From: an uncultured Gemmatimonadales bacterium
GTDB lineage: Bacteria > Gemmatimonadota > Gemmatimonadetes > Longimicrobiales > RSA9
Length of the DNA: 64,000 nucleotides
NCBI GenBank assembly: GCA_963798845.1
Contig: CAWCUS010000006.1
Location: 1,120,001-1,184,000 of the forward strand
Direction of reading: 5' to 3'
The notes beneath the pieces were generated by a model that saw only the letters and a list, made by a program, of their open reading frames with translations, was not told the origin of the DNA and did not search any database. The position numbers and the translations under genes were made by a program. This document shows, piece by piece, positions 38,822 through 48,181 of the stretch; position 1 is the first letter of the stretch, and every line of letters begins with the position of its first letter.

Positions 38822-39200
38822 CGCGCCGCGAAGCCGCGCCCCCCCCGCGCCGCGAAGCCGCGCCCCCCCCGCGCCGCGAAGCGGCGCCCCCCCGCGCCGC
38901 GAAGCGGCGCCCCCCTGCGCCCGCGAAGCGGCGCCCCCCTGCGCCCGCGAAGCCGCGCCCCCCTGCGCCCGCGAAGCCGCGCCCCCCTGCGCCCGCGAAG
39001 CCGCGCCCCCCTGCGCCCGCGAAGCGGCGCCCCCCTGCGCCGCGAAGCGGCGCCCCCCTGCACCCGCGAAGCGGCGCCCCCTGCGCCGCGAAGCGGCGCC
39101 CCTCTGCGCCGCGAAGCGGCGCCCCTCTGCGCCGCGAAGCGGCGCCCCTCTGCGCCGCGAAGCGGCGCCCCTCTGCGAGGCGCGGAGCGCCGAGCGCGCC
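38822..39200 (+). repeat. Tandem array of fifteen ~23-bp hairpin units
   Basis: Unit (CCCCTCT/CCCCCCT)GCGCCGC-GAA-GCGGCGC and variants; I counted 15 GCGAAGC cores. Confidence 0.9.
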
Positions 39201-39421
39201 GTTGTCCCTTTCCCGCCACTCCCCCTGTCCCCTCACGGTGACATTTTGGGACCGGTGCCGGCGCGGCGAAAAAGGCCTTATGTCATGTGGCCCAATACGT
39301 TGCGACCGGCGATGAGCCCTGGTCCGGTGTGTGCCCCCTCTGGGTCGCGGCCGCGGGCGGCTGTCCCGCGACCGGGGCCGGGCGGCGGCACCCGGCGGTG
39401 ATGCGGACCAGGAGGCGGGGC

Positions 39422-40054
39422 ATGGCACGAGCGCTACGGATCCGGGAGCCCGAGCGGAAGACGCGCGGGCAGGAGCTGGCGGAGCTGGACGACGCGGCAC
39501 TGGCGGCGGCGACGCTGAGCGGCGAGGCCCGTGCGTTCACCGCGCTGGCGGACCGCTACCACCTGCGGCTGCTGAACTTCATTCACCGCATGATCGGCGA
39601 TCGGGAGCGGGCGGAGGACCTGGTGCAGGAGACGTTCGTGCGCGTGTACCGGCACCTGCACCGCTACGACCAGAACCGGAAGTTCTCGACCTGGGCGTAC
39701 ACCATCGCCGGGAACCTGGCAAAGAACGAGCTGCGCAACCGGTCACGGAACCCGATGGTGCTGTTCCAGACCATCAAGAAGCACTGGGACGCGGACCATC
39801 GTCCGCTGGAGTGGGAGGACAACCGCTACCGCCCGGATGACATGTTCCGGAAGCGCGACCTGAGGGAGAAGGTGGAGCAGGTGGTGGCGCTGCTGCCGGA
39901 GCACCACCGCGAGGTTTTCGTTCTGCGCGAGCTCGAGGGGAAGAGCTACGAGGAGATCTCGGACATCACCGGCGTCAATCTCGGCACCGTGAAGAGCCGT
40001 CTGAACCGCGCGCGCAACGCGTTCGCCGAGAAGATCGCGCCGTACATGGAGTAG
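39422..40054 (+). CDS. ECF sigma factor (RpoE/SigW-like)
   Basis: AEDLVQETF, FSTWAYTIA.N and SYEEIS...GTVKSRLNRAR. Confidence 0.92.
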   Translation: MARALRIREPERKTRGQELAELDDAALAAATLSGEARAFTALADRYHLRLLNFIHRMIGDRERAEDLVQETFVRVYRHLHRYDQNRKFSTWAYTIAGNLAKNELRNRSRNPMVLFQTIKKHWDADHRPLEWEDNRYRPDDMFRKRDLREKVEQVVALLPEHHREVFVLRELEGKSYEEISDITGVNLGTVKSRLNRARNAFAEKIAPYME

Positions 40055-40176
40055 ACCCCTGCGCGCAGGGGGCGGGCGGTCCGCGCCAGCAGCATGGGCG
40101 CGGGCCGCCTTCGTCTTCCGGTGCGTCGCCCGACCGGGGCGGGAGTGGACCTGCCCGGGACCTCCGCGCCTGGCGA

Positions 40177-40225
40177 CGTCGCTCGCCGCACGCCCGTCGT
40201 CGCTCGCCGCACGCCCGTCGTCGCC
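40177..40225 (+). repeat. Short 21-bp tandem repeat (two copies plus a partial)
   Basis: CGTCGCTCGCCGCACGCCCGT twice, then CGTCGC; a GC hairpin follows at ~40247-40279. Confidence 0.6.
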
Positions 40226-40344
40226 GCCGGTTCGCCTCCCATCCGCCCGCTCCGCCGATCTCCGTCGGTGGCGGAGCGGAACCTGCGGATTCCACCCGCT
40301 GTACCATCCGGCTGAGCGTCAGAAGCGACACGGGGCCAGTCTCA

Positions 40345-40989
40345 ATGACCTGTAGCGAGTTCCTGCGGAGATATTCGGACTACGACGACAGCCTGCTGTC
40401 GCCGGAGGAGAACGCCGCTTGCCGCGCCCACATGGCGGTGTGCGCATCCTGCGCGCGCTACGACCGGGTGCTGCGGAAGGGGCGGATGATCGCGCGACAG
40501 CTGCCCCACCCCGAGCCTTCGCGCGACTTCTTTCCATGCCTGCACGCGCGACTGGACGAAGTGCGGCGGCAGCGCCGCCAGGCGCGCGTGGGGGCCACGG
40601 GCACGCTGGCGGCGGCGACGGTGGTGCTGGCGGCGGTCGGCGGTCTCGGGCTGCTCCGCGGGGCGGAGCTCTCGGACGCAGCCACGGACGGCGGGTTCGG
40701 CGGGCGCGCCGTCGGGGCGCCCGTGCGTGGTGGTGGGGCGGGAGAACCCCTTCCGACGCTGGTCGGCCGCAGCGATGCCGCCTGGGCGGCGAACGTCGGG
40801 GAGTCGGCGCCGTTCCTGCGCCTGGCCCAGGAATCGACGCCGAGGCCGCGCGATTGGATGACGGTGAGGGTGGACCGGCCGGTCCGCGCCTCGTATTCTC
40901 CACTGGTCACGGGACCTCCGCTGTACCGCGCGCCGCCGGCGGGTTACACGGCGGGTGCCGCCGCCTCCACTGCGCGCGCCATCGACTGA
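40345..40989 (+). CDS. Zinc-binding anti-sigma factor (zf-HC2)
   Basis: MTC...HMAVCASC (HxxxCxxC) and one TM helix; follows the ECF sigma gene. Confidence 0.8.
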   Translation: MTCSEFLRRYSDYDDSLLSPEENAACRAHMAVCASCARYDRVLRKGRMIARQLPHPEPSRDFFPCLHARLDEVRRQRRQARVGATGTLAAATVVLAAVGGLGLLRGAELSDAATDGGFGGRAVGAPVRGGGAGEPLPTLVGRSDAAWAANVGESAPFLRLAQESTPRPRDWMTVRVDRPVRASYSPLVTGPPLYRAPPAGYTAGAAASTARAID

Positions 40990-40995
40990 AACGCA

Positions 40996-42009
40996 ATGCC
41001 GGCTCTGAGCCACGAACGTCTCTCCCGCACGCTCCAGGATGGAGCGCGGGGAGGCGTTTTTTTCTTGTATGGCGAGGAAGACCACCTGAAGGAAGCGGCG
41101 GCGCGCGAGCTGGTGGCCGCGCACCTCGACGCCGCCACCCGTGATTTCAACCTGGACGAGGTTCGGGGAACGGACGTCTCGCCGGAGACCCTCGCGTCGC
41201 TGATCCAGACGCCGCCGATGATGGCCGAGTGGCGTGTCGTGGTGGTGCGCGACGCGCAGGCGCTCGCCGTCAGCTCCACCGCCCGCTCGGTCCTGGAGCA
41301 GGCGACCGGGTCGCCGCCGCCCGGGCTGGCGCTCGTGCTCCTGGCGGACATCTCCGGCAGCAAGGCCAGGCTCTGGACGCAGGTCAAGAAGGATACCGTC
41401 GCGGTCGAGTTCCCCCGCCTCTCCGAAGGCGACATGCCCGGCTGGATGATGGCGTGGGCGGTCCGGGAAGGGATCGACCTGGACGCCGACGCCGCCCGGG
41501 CGGCGGCCGTGGCCGTGGGCCAGGACCTCGGCGCCGTCGTCCGCGAGCTGGAGAAGCTGCGGGAGTACGTCGGCGATCGGCGCCGGATCACGCGCGAGGA
41601 CGTGGAGGCCGTGGTCGGCGCCATCCCCCGCCAGGACCGCTGGAAGTGGATCGATGCGGTCGCCGAGCGCCGCTTCGACTACGCCCGTGCGGGGCTGCCG
41701 GTGCTCCTGGACGCGGGCGACAACGGAGTGGGCCTCGTCATCGGCCTCGCCAACCAGTTCCTCCGCCTGGCAATCTCTGCCACCGGCGGCAGGCGCGCAC
41801 TCGAGGCAGCGCTGCCCCCGCACCAGCGCTGGCTGGCCAGGCGGGTGGAGACGCAGGCGAAGCAGTGGACGCTCCAGTCCCTCGAAGAAGCGATCGAAGA
41901 CCTGCACCGCGCCGACCGCCTCCTGAAGTCCGCGCCCCTGTCCGACGCACAGATCATGGAGGAGCTCCTTCTCCGCCTCCAGCACCGCTCGGACAGGAGG
42001 GTCGCGTGA
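40996..42009 (+). CDS. holA: DNA polymerase III delta subunit
   Basis: FLYGEE, DFN, T.PMMAEWRVVVV, ELEKL and DRLLKS; length 337 aa. Confidence 0.85.
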   Translation: MPALSHERLSRTLQDGARGGVFFLYGEEDHLKEAAARELVAAHLDAATRDFNLDEVRGTDVSPETLASLIQTPPMMAEWRVVVVRDAQALAVSSTARSVLEQATGSPPPGLALVLLADISGSKARLWTQVKKDTVAVEFPRLSEGDMPGWMMAWAVREGIDLDADAARAAAVAVGQDLGAVVRELEKLREYVGDRRRITREDVEAVVGAIPRQDRWKWIDAVAERRFDYARAGLPVLLDAGDNGVGLVIGLANQFLRLAISATGGRRALEAALPPHQRWLARRVETQAKQWTLQSLEEAIEDLHRADRLLKSAPLSDAQIMEELLLRLQHRSDRRVA

Positions 42010-43058
42010 GCGGCGGCGGGCCGCCCCGGGCTCTCGCCCGCGCGTTCCGCGCGGCTGCGGCCGCGCTCGTGCTGGCGGCTCCGATCCTCGCCGCAGCCAC
42101 GGCCGCCCGCGCCCAGGACCCCATCCCGACCCTCGACCGCGTGGACAGCCTGGTGACCGCCGGCAGCTACTCGCTCGCCCGCGTCACCCTGAACCGTTGG
42201 TGGTCCGCCCGCGACGAGTTCGACGTCCCTGGCTCCGACCGCGCCCGCGGCCTCATGCTCCGCGCCCGCCTGGCGCCCGACCTGAAGTCCGCCGAGTCCG
42301 ACTACCTCGGCGTGGTCCTGGGCTACCCCACTTCCGACTACGCGCCCGAAGCGCTGCTCCGCCTCGGGCAGGGCTTCCTCAACGCCGGGGACGCCACCCG
42401 CGCCGACGGATACCTCCGCCGCCTCGCCGCCGACTACCCCGGCCGGCCCCAGCACACCCCCGGGCTTCTCTGGCTCGCCCGCGCCGAAACCCGCCTCCGC
42501 CGCTTCACCGCCGCCTGCGCTGCCGCACGGGACGGACTCGAGGATGCCCACGACGCTGACCTGAACGCGATGCTCGAGGCCGAGGCGTCCGAGGCGTGCG
42601 CCGCCGCCGCCCGCCCCGAGCCCGCCACCGCCGCGAAGTCCGCGACCAGGCCGGCGACCCAGGCGCAGCCCATCGCGAAAACGGAGCCCAGGACGGAGCC
42701 CAGGACGGAGCCCAGGACGGAGCCCAGGACGGCCGCTGCGGCGCCGAAAGGGAGCGCCCCGGGCAGCGGGCCCGCCAGGACGCCCGGGAAGACCCCTGCG
42801 GCAGCCTCGGCGTCGGGCGCCTTCTCCGCGCAGCTGGGCGCGTACCGGTACCAGAAGAGCGTGGACGCCATGGTGGCGAAGCTGCGTGGGGCCGGCTACG
42901 ATCCGCGCGTCGTGCGCGTTCCCGGCAGCGGGCTGGTTCGCGTCCGGGTGGGACGCTTCACCAGCGCCGATCGGGCCGCGGCCATGGTCGCCGACCTGAA
43001 GCGGCACGGCATCGACGCCGTGGTCGTCGGCGACGCCGCGCAGGAGCAGAAGCCTTGA
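42006..43058 (+). CDS. Secreted TPR + SPOR domain protein
   Basis: Signal peptide, TPR (YP.S.YAPEALLRLG), linker with (TEPR)x4 and C-terminal SPOR (QLGAY, RVRVGRF). Confidence 0.8.
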   Translation: MSGGGPPRALARAFRAAAAALVLAAPILAAATAARAQDPIPTLDRVDSLVTAGSYSLARVTLNRWWSARDEFDVPGSDRARGLMLRARLAPDLKSAESDYLGVVLGYPTSDYAPEALLRLGQGFLNAGDATRADGYLRRLAADYPGRPQHTPGLLWLARAETRLRRFTAACAAARDGLEDAHDADLNAMLEAEASEACAAAARPEPATAAKSATRPATQAQPIAKTEPRTEPRTEPRTEPRTAAAAPKGSAPGSGPARTPGKTPAAASASGAFSAQLGAYRYQKSVDAMVAKLRGAGYDPRVVRVPGSGLVRVRVGRFTSADRAAAMVADLKRHGIDAVVVGDAAQEQKP

Positions 43059-43630
43059 GCACGGACGAACGGCCCCTGATCCTCGTCGCCGAGGACGAGC
43101 CCATCACCAGCATGGCGCTCCGCGAGCAGCTCGAGGCTCTCGACTTCCGCGTCCTCGGGCCAGCCCGCGACGGCGATGACGCCTTCGCCCTCGGCGTATG
43201 CTTCCCCGTCGACCTCGGCCTCTTCGACCTGCGGATGCCCCGCCGGTCCGGCCTCGACGCCGCCCGCGACCTCTTCGACCTCGCCCCCACGCCCGTGGTC
43301 CTCCTCACCGGCTTCGACGCGGCTGACCTCCCGGACGACCTCTCGGCACCCCCCATCTTCGGCCGCGCCGCCAAGCCCATCGGCATGGCCGAGTTGCGGT
43401 CCGCCATCGACGCCGCCTTCGTTCGCTTCCGCGACTGGTGCCTCGCCAACCCGGACGAGGACCGCCGCACCGCCAGCGCTCGCGACGAACGCACCACCAT
43501 TGCCCGGGCCGTGCTCGCCACAGCTGACGGCCGTCTCCTCGCCTCCGTCGCCGCCGATCTCCTCCGGCGAAGCCGCGCCGATCGACGTTCGCTCCTGGAC
43601 ACCGCCCTCGCCTTGCTCGACGAGCGCTGA
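43055..43630 (+). CDS. Response regulator with a divergent ANTAR-like C-terminus
   Basis: ILVAEDE, DLRMP and KP, then ERTTIARA...LRRSRADRRS; TTG start. Confidence 0.7.
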   Translation: MSTDERPLILVAEDEPITSMALREQLEALDFRVLGPARDGDDAFALGVCFPVDLGLFDLRMPRRSGLDAARDLFDLAPTPVVLLTGFDAADLPDDLSAPPIFGRAAKPIGMAELRSAIDAAFVRFRDWCLANPDEDRRTASARDERTTIARAVLATADGRLLASVAADLLRRSRADRRSLLDTALALLDER

Positions 43631-43631
43631 C

Positions 43632-43945
43632 GTGGACGCCCCCTCTCCCCCCGCCAGGCCTACGCCGATTGGGTCGAGGAGCAGATCGAGGACTGCAAGG
43701 CCGCCCTCACCCGCGACGAGCTCCTCTCCCTCGCCGATTGCGCCGTCGCCGGACTCTTCGCGTCCGACGACGAGCAGTACCCCCTCACCGAGATCCTCCT
43801 CCGCGACGCCGTCGACGCCCTCATCTTCCAGCGCCTCAAGCTCCCCGGCTTCCGCCAGTGGCTGAAAACGTGTCATATAGACACGCCCGACCGTCCCCCT
43901 GAAGGGACAAACGAAGCCGGCGAGCCTGGGAGACAGGCGTCGTAA
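43632..43945 (+). CDS. Hypothetical protein (~103 aa) with an apparent +1 frameshift near its start; absent from the ORF track
   Basis: Coding-like frame RQAYADWVEEQIEDCKAALTRDELL...LKLPGFRQW ends at TAA 43943-43945. The only nearby start (GTG 43632) is one base off-frame across C5/C6 runs. Confidence 0.6.
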
Positions 43946-43984
43946 GTCCTTCTGCCACAACGCGAAACACGGGTTGCTCCAGAA

Positions 43985-43999
43985 TGGTACGCGCTCTGC
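43985..43999 (+). promoter_or_regulatory. Sigma54-like promoter
   Basis: TGGTAC-GCGCT-CTGC upstream of the 54-aa gene. Confidence 0.5.
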
Positions 44000-44061
44000 C
44001 TTGTATCTGGAGTTGGCGTAGCGTGGGCGTCCGGCGAGAACCTGGGGTGAGGAGTGGGGAA

Positions 44062-44226
44062 GTGACAGAGCCGAAGAGAGCGGAACGTGAGCTGCCGGCG
44101 GGGATCGTGATCCGGGGGACGCCCGAGGCGGAGCAGAAGCCGATGATCAGCGCGTTCATCTGGGGCGGCAAGGTTCGGCCGGAGCCGACGCTGCCGTTCG
44201 GGCGCTGGAAGCCGACGCCGGTCTGA
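44062..44226 (+). CDS. Small hypothetical protein (54 aa)
   Basis: Purine-rich RBS (GAGGAG), GTG start, MTEPKRAERELPAGIVIRG...FGRWKPTPV; flanked by a promoter candidate and a terminator. Confidence 0.6.
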   Translation: MTEPKRAERELPAGIVIRGTPEAEQKPMISAFIWGGKVRPEPTLPFGRWKPTPV

Positions 44227-44250
44227 GCGCGCGAGTGTAGCGAGGGCTCG

Positions 44251-44283
44251 AGCCCGTGGACAATGTGGTCCGCGGGCTTTTTT
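44251..44283 (+). terminator. Intrinsic terminator
   Basis: AGCCCGTGGAC-AATGTG-GTCCGCGGGCT followed by a T run. Confidence 0.75.
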
Positions 44284-44300
44284 GCGTCTATGATCGGCGC

Positions 44301-45626
44301 ATGGGGGTGGAGCGAGGGACAGTGGCGGTGGTGGGCGCGGGGCCCGCCGGGCTGGCGGCTGCGTGGCGGCTGTGGTCGGCTGGCCGTCGTGTGCGGGTGT
44401 ACGAGGGCCGCGACCGCGCCGGCGGTCGGCTGCGGACGGAGCACGTTGCGGGCGTGGGGGCGGACCCTGTGGTGCAGCTGCTGTCCGCGGACTACTCGCG
44501 CACGCTCGAGCTGGTGGAAGCGCTCGGGGTGCGGTCGCTCCTGGTGGAGGTGCCCGGGCGTGATGCGCTCTGGCGGGGGGGCCGAGCGCACGCCGTGCGG
44601 TACGGGTCGGCGGCCCGGATGGCGGCGTCGGGTGCGCTTCCGGTGGGGCTGAAGCTGCGGCTCGGGCTTCGCTACCTGCCATTCCTGGAGCGGCACGCGG
44701 CGGCGCTGGACCTGAACGACCTGGCGGGCACGGCGGTTCCGGAGCTGGATGCCGAGAGCATCGCTGCGTGGGGTCGGCGGGAGCTGGGGGACGAGTTCGT
44801 CGAGATCATGGTCTACCCGCTGCTGGCGGCGTACTACGGCGTGACGCCGGAGGAGACCAGCGCGGCGCTGTTCCATGCGCTTGCTCGCGCCGGGCTTGGC
44901 GTGACAGTGCTCGGAATGCTGGGCGGCGCGGGCACGCTGTCGGCGGCGCTGTCGTCGGCGCTGGAGGGGAGGGGTGTGGAACTGGCGGTGAGCCGGCCGG
45001 TGGAGGCGCTGGAGGTGGGCGAGGCAGCCGTGCGGGTCCGGTCTGGCAATGCGTGGGAGCGGCACGACGCGGTGGTGGTGGCGGTCCCGGCGCCCGTGGC
45101 TGCGGGCCTGGTGCCGGAAGTGCCGTGGCTGCGCTCGGTGCGGACCCGGTCCACGGCGACGCTCGTGCTGGCGCTGCGATCGCCGCTTCGGACCGGCTGG
45201 TTCGGGCTGTCGATCCCGCGGTTGGAGCCGCCGGGCCGGACGCTTGCGGCGGTGTGCGTGCAGGCAGAGAAGGAGACCGGGGTGGTGGGCGGCGAAGGCG
45301 GGAGCGTGGTGCTGGTCCCGTCGCCCGACGAGGGGGAGCGCTGGATGGAGATGGATGCGGGAGCGATCGCGGATGCCGGGGCGCACGCCCTGGACCAGGT
45401 GCTCCCCGGGGTGCGCCGGGAGGTCGTGGAGGCGCGGGTGGTGCGGCTCCCGGCGGCCACGTTCGTCCCCTCGCCCGGCCACTTCCGGCGGCTGAAGGCG
45501 GACGATCCGGCGACCTGGCCGGCGCGGCTGGCGCTGGCGGGCGACTACCTGGCCTCGCCCACCGTCGAGGGCGCCGTCCGCTCGGGTCTCGCCGCCGCGG
45601 ACCGGATCATTCGCGCGGGATGGTGA
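44301..45626 (+). CDS. FAD-dependent oxidoreductase (protoporphyrinogen oxidase / amine oxidase-like)
   Basis: VVGAGPAGLAAA, E...RAGGR and C-terminal LAGDY....VEGAVRSG. Confidence 0.8.
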   Translation: MGVERGTVAVVGAGPAGLAAAWRLWSAGRRVRVYEGRDRAGGRLRTEHVAGVGADPVVQLLSADYSRTLELVEALGVRSLLVEVPGRDALWRGGRAHAVRYGSAARMAASGALPVGLKLRLGLRYLPFLERHAAALDLNDLAGTAVPELDAESIAAWGRRELGDEFVEIMVYPLLAAYYGVTPEETSAALFHALARAGLGVTVLGMLGGAGTLSAALSSALEGRGVELAVSRPVEALEVGEAAVRVRSGNAWERHDAVVVAVPAPVAAGLVPEVPWLRSVRTRSTATLVLALRSPLRTGWFGLSIPRLEPPGRTLAAVCVQAEKETGVVGGEGGSVVLVPSPDEGERWMEMDAGAIADAGAHALDQVLPGVRREVVEARVVRLPAATFVPSPGHFRRLKADDPATWPARLALAGDYLASPTVEGAVRSGLAAADRIIRAGW

Positions 45627-46791
45627 TCGTGCGGGCCTGCCCGTGCCGGATGACGCGCAGGGTCATCGTCCCGGCCTCGTCCGAGGAGAGCACCCACCGC
45701 AGCCCGTCGACGGACCCCACGTTCTTTCCGTCGGCCTCCGTGATGACATCGCCGGGCCGGAGACCGGCGGCGTGGGCCGGGCTTCCCGGCGCGACGCGCA
45801 GCACCAGCAGGCCTCCGCTCGCGCCGGGGAAGTAGTCGGCAAGCTCCGGTTCGAGCGCGCTCAGCTCCGCTCCGGCCACGGCCCTCATGCCCGTGGCGAG
45901 GTGCTCTTCCACGGAGAACACGAACGTGTGCGGGCGGGCGGCCGCCTCCGGGTCGGGCGCTGCGGGCGCCGGCCGCGGCAGATAGCGGAGGACGGCGCCC
46001 GGTGCGGGCGGGGCGGCGCCGGGCTCCAGGGCGCGGCGTGCCCACTCGACGCGGATGCTCTCCGCGCGGGCGTGGATGGCAGCGGGTGGCGACGCGAGCA
46101 GGGGCATGGCCGCGGCCCGCAGGCGTTCGGAGCGCGCGCACTGCACCAGGTTCACCACCCGGTCGTCCAGCGGACTGAGCGACCAGGACGAAAGTCGCCG
46201 GAACTCGGTCCGTCCGTTGCCGTACGCCACCCAGTAGCCGGCCGGCAGCGGGCCGTTCCAGCTGCGCTCCGGCTCCAGGTTGGTTGCCACCAGCGAATCG
46301 CCGTGCAGCTCGATCAGGGGCGCCCCGCGATCGGCGGGGAGCGTCGGGGACGGCGCGACCACGATGTGCTCGGGCCGCCGGTCCGCGACCGCGGTCACCT
46401 CCCGAAGGGCGCCGCGGCGCAGGAAGCGGAGTCGGACGGAGTCGCCCGCGACGAGGCCGCCCATCATGCGCGGGAGGTCGAAAGCCCCGAGAGGGTGACC
46501 GTCCAGCTGGACAATGGCGTCGCCGGAGCGCAGACCGGCCCGCTCGGCGGGCGAGCCGTGGACGACGGAGGCGACCACCACCTGGGGGCGGCATTCGTCG
46601 CCGTGCTCGACCCATCGGACCTCGTAGCCGACCCCCAGCCACGCCGGGCGCCGGGCTTCGGGCGCCGTCTGCCACACCTGCGCTCCCGCCTGGAGGGGCG
46701 CGAGCGCGAGCAGCGCCATTCCGGCCGCCACCACCGTGGCCACCGAAAACCCACGGCGAGGTGGCACCGGCCCGTCCGTCGCCGCGCGCAT
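45607..46791 (-). CDS. Secreted protein with two PDZ domains
   Basis: WLGV, GSPAERAGLRSGD and GSPAHAAGLRPGDVI; signal peptide. Confidence 0.8.
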   Translation of the reverse strand: MRAATDGPVPPRRGFSVATVVAAGMALLALAPLQAGAQVWQTAPEARRPAWLGVGYEVRWVEHGDECRPQVVVASVVHGSPAERAGLRSGDAIVQLDGHPLGAFDLPRMMGGLVAGDSVRLRFLRRGALREVTAVADRRPEHIVVAPSPTLPADRGAPLIELHGDSLVATNLEPERSWNGPLPAGYWVAYGNGRTEFRRLSSWSLSPLDDRVVNLVQCARSERLRAAAMPLLASPPAAIHARAESIRVEWARRALEPGAAPPAPGAVLRYLPRPAPAAPDPEAAARPHTFVFSVEEHLATGMRAVAGAELSALEPELADYFPGASGGLLVLRVAPGSPAHAAGLRPGDVITEADGKNVGSVDGLRWVLSSDEAGTMTLRVIRHGQARTITIPRE

Positions 46792-47513
46792 CAGAACACC
46801 GGCTCCCCGGCCGAGATCTGGCGGAGCACCGCGTCCCGCTGGGCGACGGCCGTGAGATAGTACCCGTTGATCACCGGGTCGGCGGGCGCGGCCTTGAGGG
46901 CTTCCGCCGTGGTGAGCACGATGTTGTCCAGCGCGGCCAGGCGGGCCGCAGGGTCAGCCGCGGTCGTGGAGTTCTGCCCCATGTAGCGGTTCAGCGCCGC
47001 GCGGAACGCCTGCTCCGCCTGCTCCACATCGTCGGCCGCGTCGCCGGAGGCGGCGTCCGCCAGCGTCGTGACCCGCGGCGATGCGGCTTCCTGCCCGTCC
47101 GCCGCGAACGTCCGGCCGTCCGCGGGCGATGAGGCGCCGTCCGCTCGGCCGTCGGCGACCATCGCCGATGAAGGCGCCGCTCGGGGCCCCGCCGGTAGCC
47201 CGTGGGCGACCCATCCCGCGCCGGCGCCGCCGACGAACAGCGCCGCAGCCGCGGCGGCGCGGGTCAGGGCGGGCGAGCGCCACCACCGGCCCGGCGAGCG
47301 GGCCAGCCCTTCCGCCCGCAGCCGCTGCCGGATCGTTGCCCACTGGTCCGGGGCCGGCATCATGTTGGGCAAGGCCGCGAGCATCTCCCGCTGCTGCCGG
47401 AGCGCCTCCATCTCCCGTCTGCAGCCGGGGCAGGCGGTGAGGTGGCTCTCTTCCTCGCCGCTGGCGGGCTCGTCCACGAGCCGGGCCAGCGTCTCAGGCG
47501 TCAGATGCGACAT
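46791..47513 (-). CDS. Probable zinc-binding anti-sigma factor
   Basis: HLTACPGC (HxxxCxxC), TM helix and helical C-terminus; overlaps the ECF sigma gene end. Confidence 0.75.
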   Translation of the reverse strand: MSHLTPETLARLVDEPASGEEESHLTACPGCRREMEALRQQREMLAALPNMMPAPDQWATIRQRLRAEGLARSPGRWWRSPALTRAAAAAALFVGGAGAGWVAHGLPAGPRAAPSSAMVADGRADGASSPADGRTFAADGQEAASPRVTTLADAASGDAADDVEQAEQAFRAALNRYMGQNSTTAADPAARLAALDNIVLTTAEALKAAPADPVINGYYLTAVAQRDAVLRQISAGEPVF

Positions 47514-48051
47514 AGGTCCCGCTCTCTGCTTCATCGTCGACTCCACGGAGCATGTCCCGCATCTTCGCCCGGCCCTTGAACAGCTGGCTCTTCGATGTGC
47601 CGGGGTTGATCCCGAGCATGTCTCCGATCTCCTCGTGCGTGAATCCTTCAACGTCGTGCAGCACCATCACCCGGCGCATCCCCTCCGGCAGCTGCTCCAG
47701 GGCCCGCTCCAGCGTGATCCGGAGCACCGTCGGATCCGACGTGTCTCCGGGCAGCGACGCCGGCAGGTCGCTCTCGCGGTTATCGTGGCGGCCCCGTTGC
47801 CGCCTCCCCTGCAGCGCACTGTTCACGGCCACCCGGTGCAGCCAGGTGGAGAACGCCGAATCGCCACGGAACTTCGGCAGCGCTCGAAAGGCCCGGATCC
47901 AGGCTTCCTGCGCCCAGTCGTCCGCCAGCGAGTCGTCGCCTGCCAGCCGCCGCACCACGGCGTACACCCGCGGCGCATGGCGCCGGTAGAGCGCCTGCAT
48001 CGCCGGCTCGTCGCCGTGCCTCGCCCTCTGGATCAGCTCGTTGTCGGTCAT
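47494..48051 (-). CDS. ECF sigma factor
   Basis: ADDWAQEAW, FRGDSAFSTWLHRVAVN and HEEIG...GTSKSQL. Confidence 0.92.
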   Translation of the reverse strand: MTDNELIQRARHGDEPAMQALYRRHAPRVYAVVRRLAGDDSLADDWAQEAWIRAFRALPKFRGDSAFSTWLHRVAVNSALQGRRQRGRHDNRESDLPASLPGDTSDPTVLRITLERALEQLPEGMRRVMVLHDVEGFTHEEIGDMLGINPGTSKSQLFKGRAKMRDMLRGVDDEAESGTYVASDA

Positions 48052-48090
48052 TGCGGCCGGTTGTGTTTCGACTGCCGCTCCGTTCTTTCG

Positions 48091-48117
48091 GATGCGGTCA
48101 GCCGCGGAAACGGTTGC
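48091..48117 (-). promoter_or_regulatory. Possible autoregulated ECF promoter
   Basis: GCAACC-N16-GCATC on the minus strand, 40 bp upstream of the sigma gene. Confidence 0.35.
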
Positions 48118-48181
48118 TCGGGGCGCGTCGCGCGGCATCCGACGCCACCGGACTCCGCCATGCTCGCGGCCCGGAGCCCCG

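Noticed and set aside
38822..39200. CRISPR array (also considered for 7793-7940, 8979-9152 and 53168-53386)
   Set aside because: Units abut directly or reuse the same intervening sequence. There are no unique 25-45 bp spacers and no cas genes in the window.
42681..42731. 12-bp repeat ACGGAGCCCAGG x4 as a mobile or regulatory element
   Set aside because: It is an in-frame (TEPR)n expansion in the disordered linker of the SPOR protein, which is ordinary.
43628..43630. Selenocysteine or programmed read-through of TGA fusing the regulator to the next ORF
   Set aside because: No convincing SECIS-like hairpin and no redox motif context; a one-base homopolymer indel is simpler.
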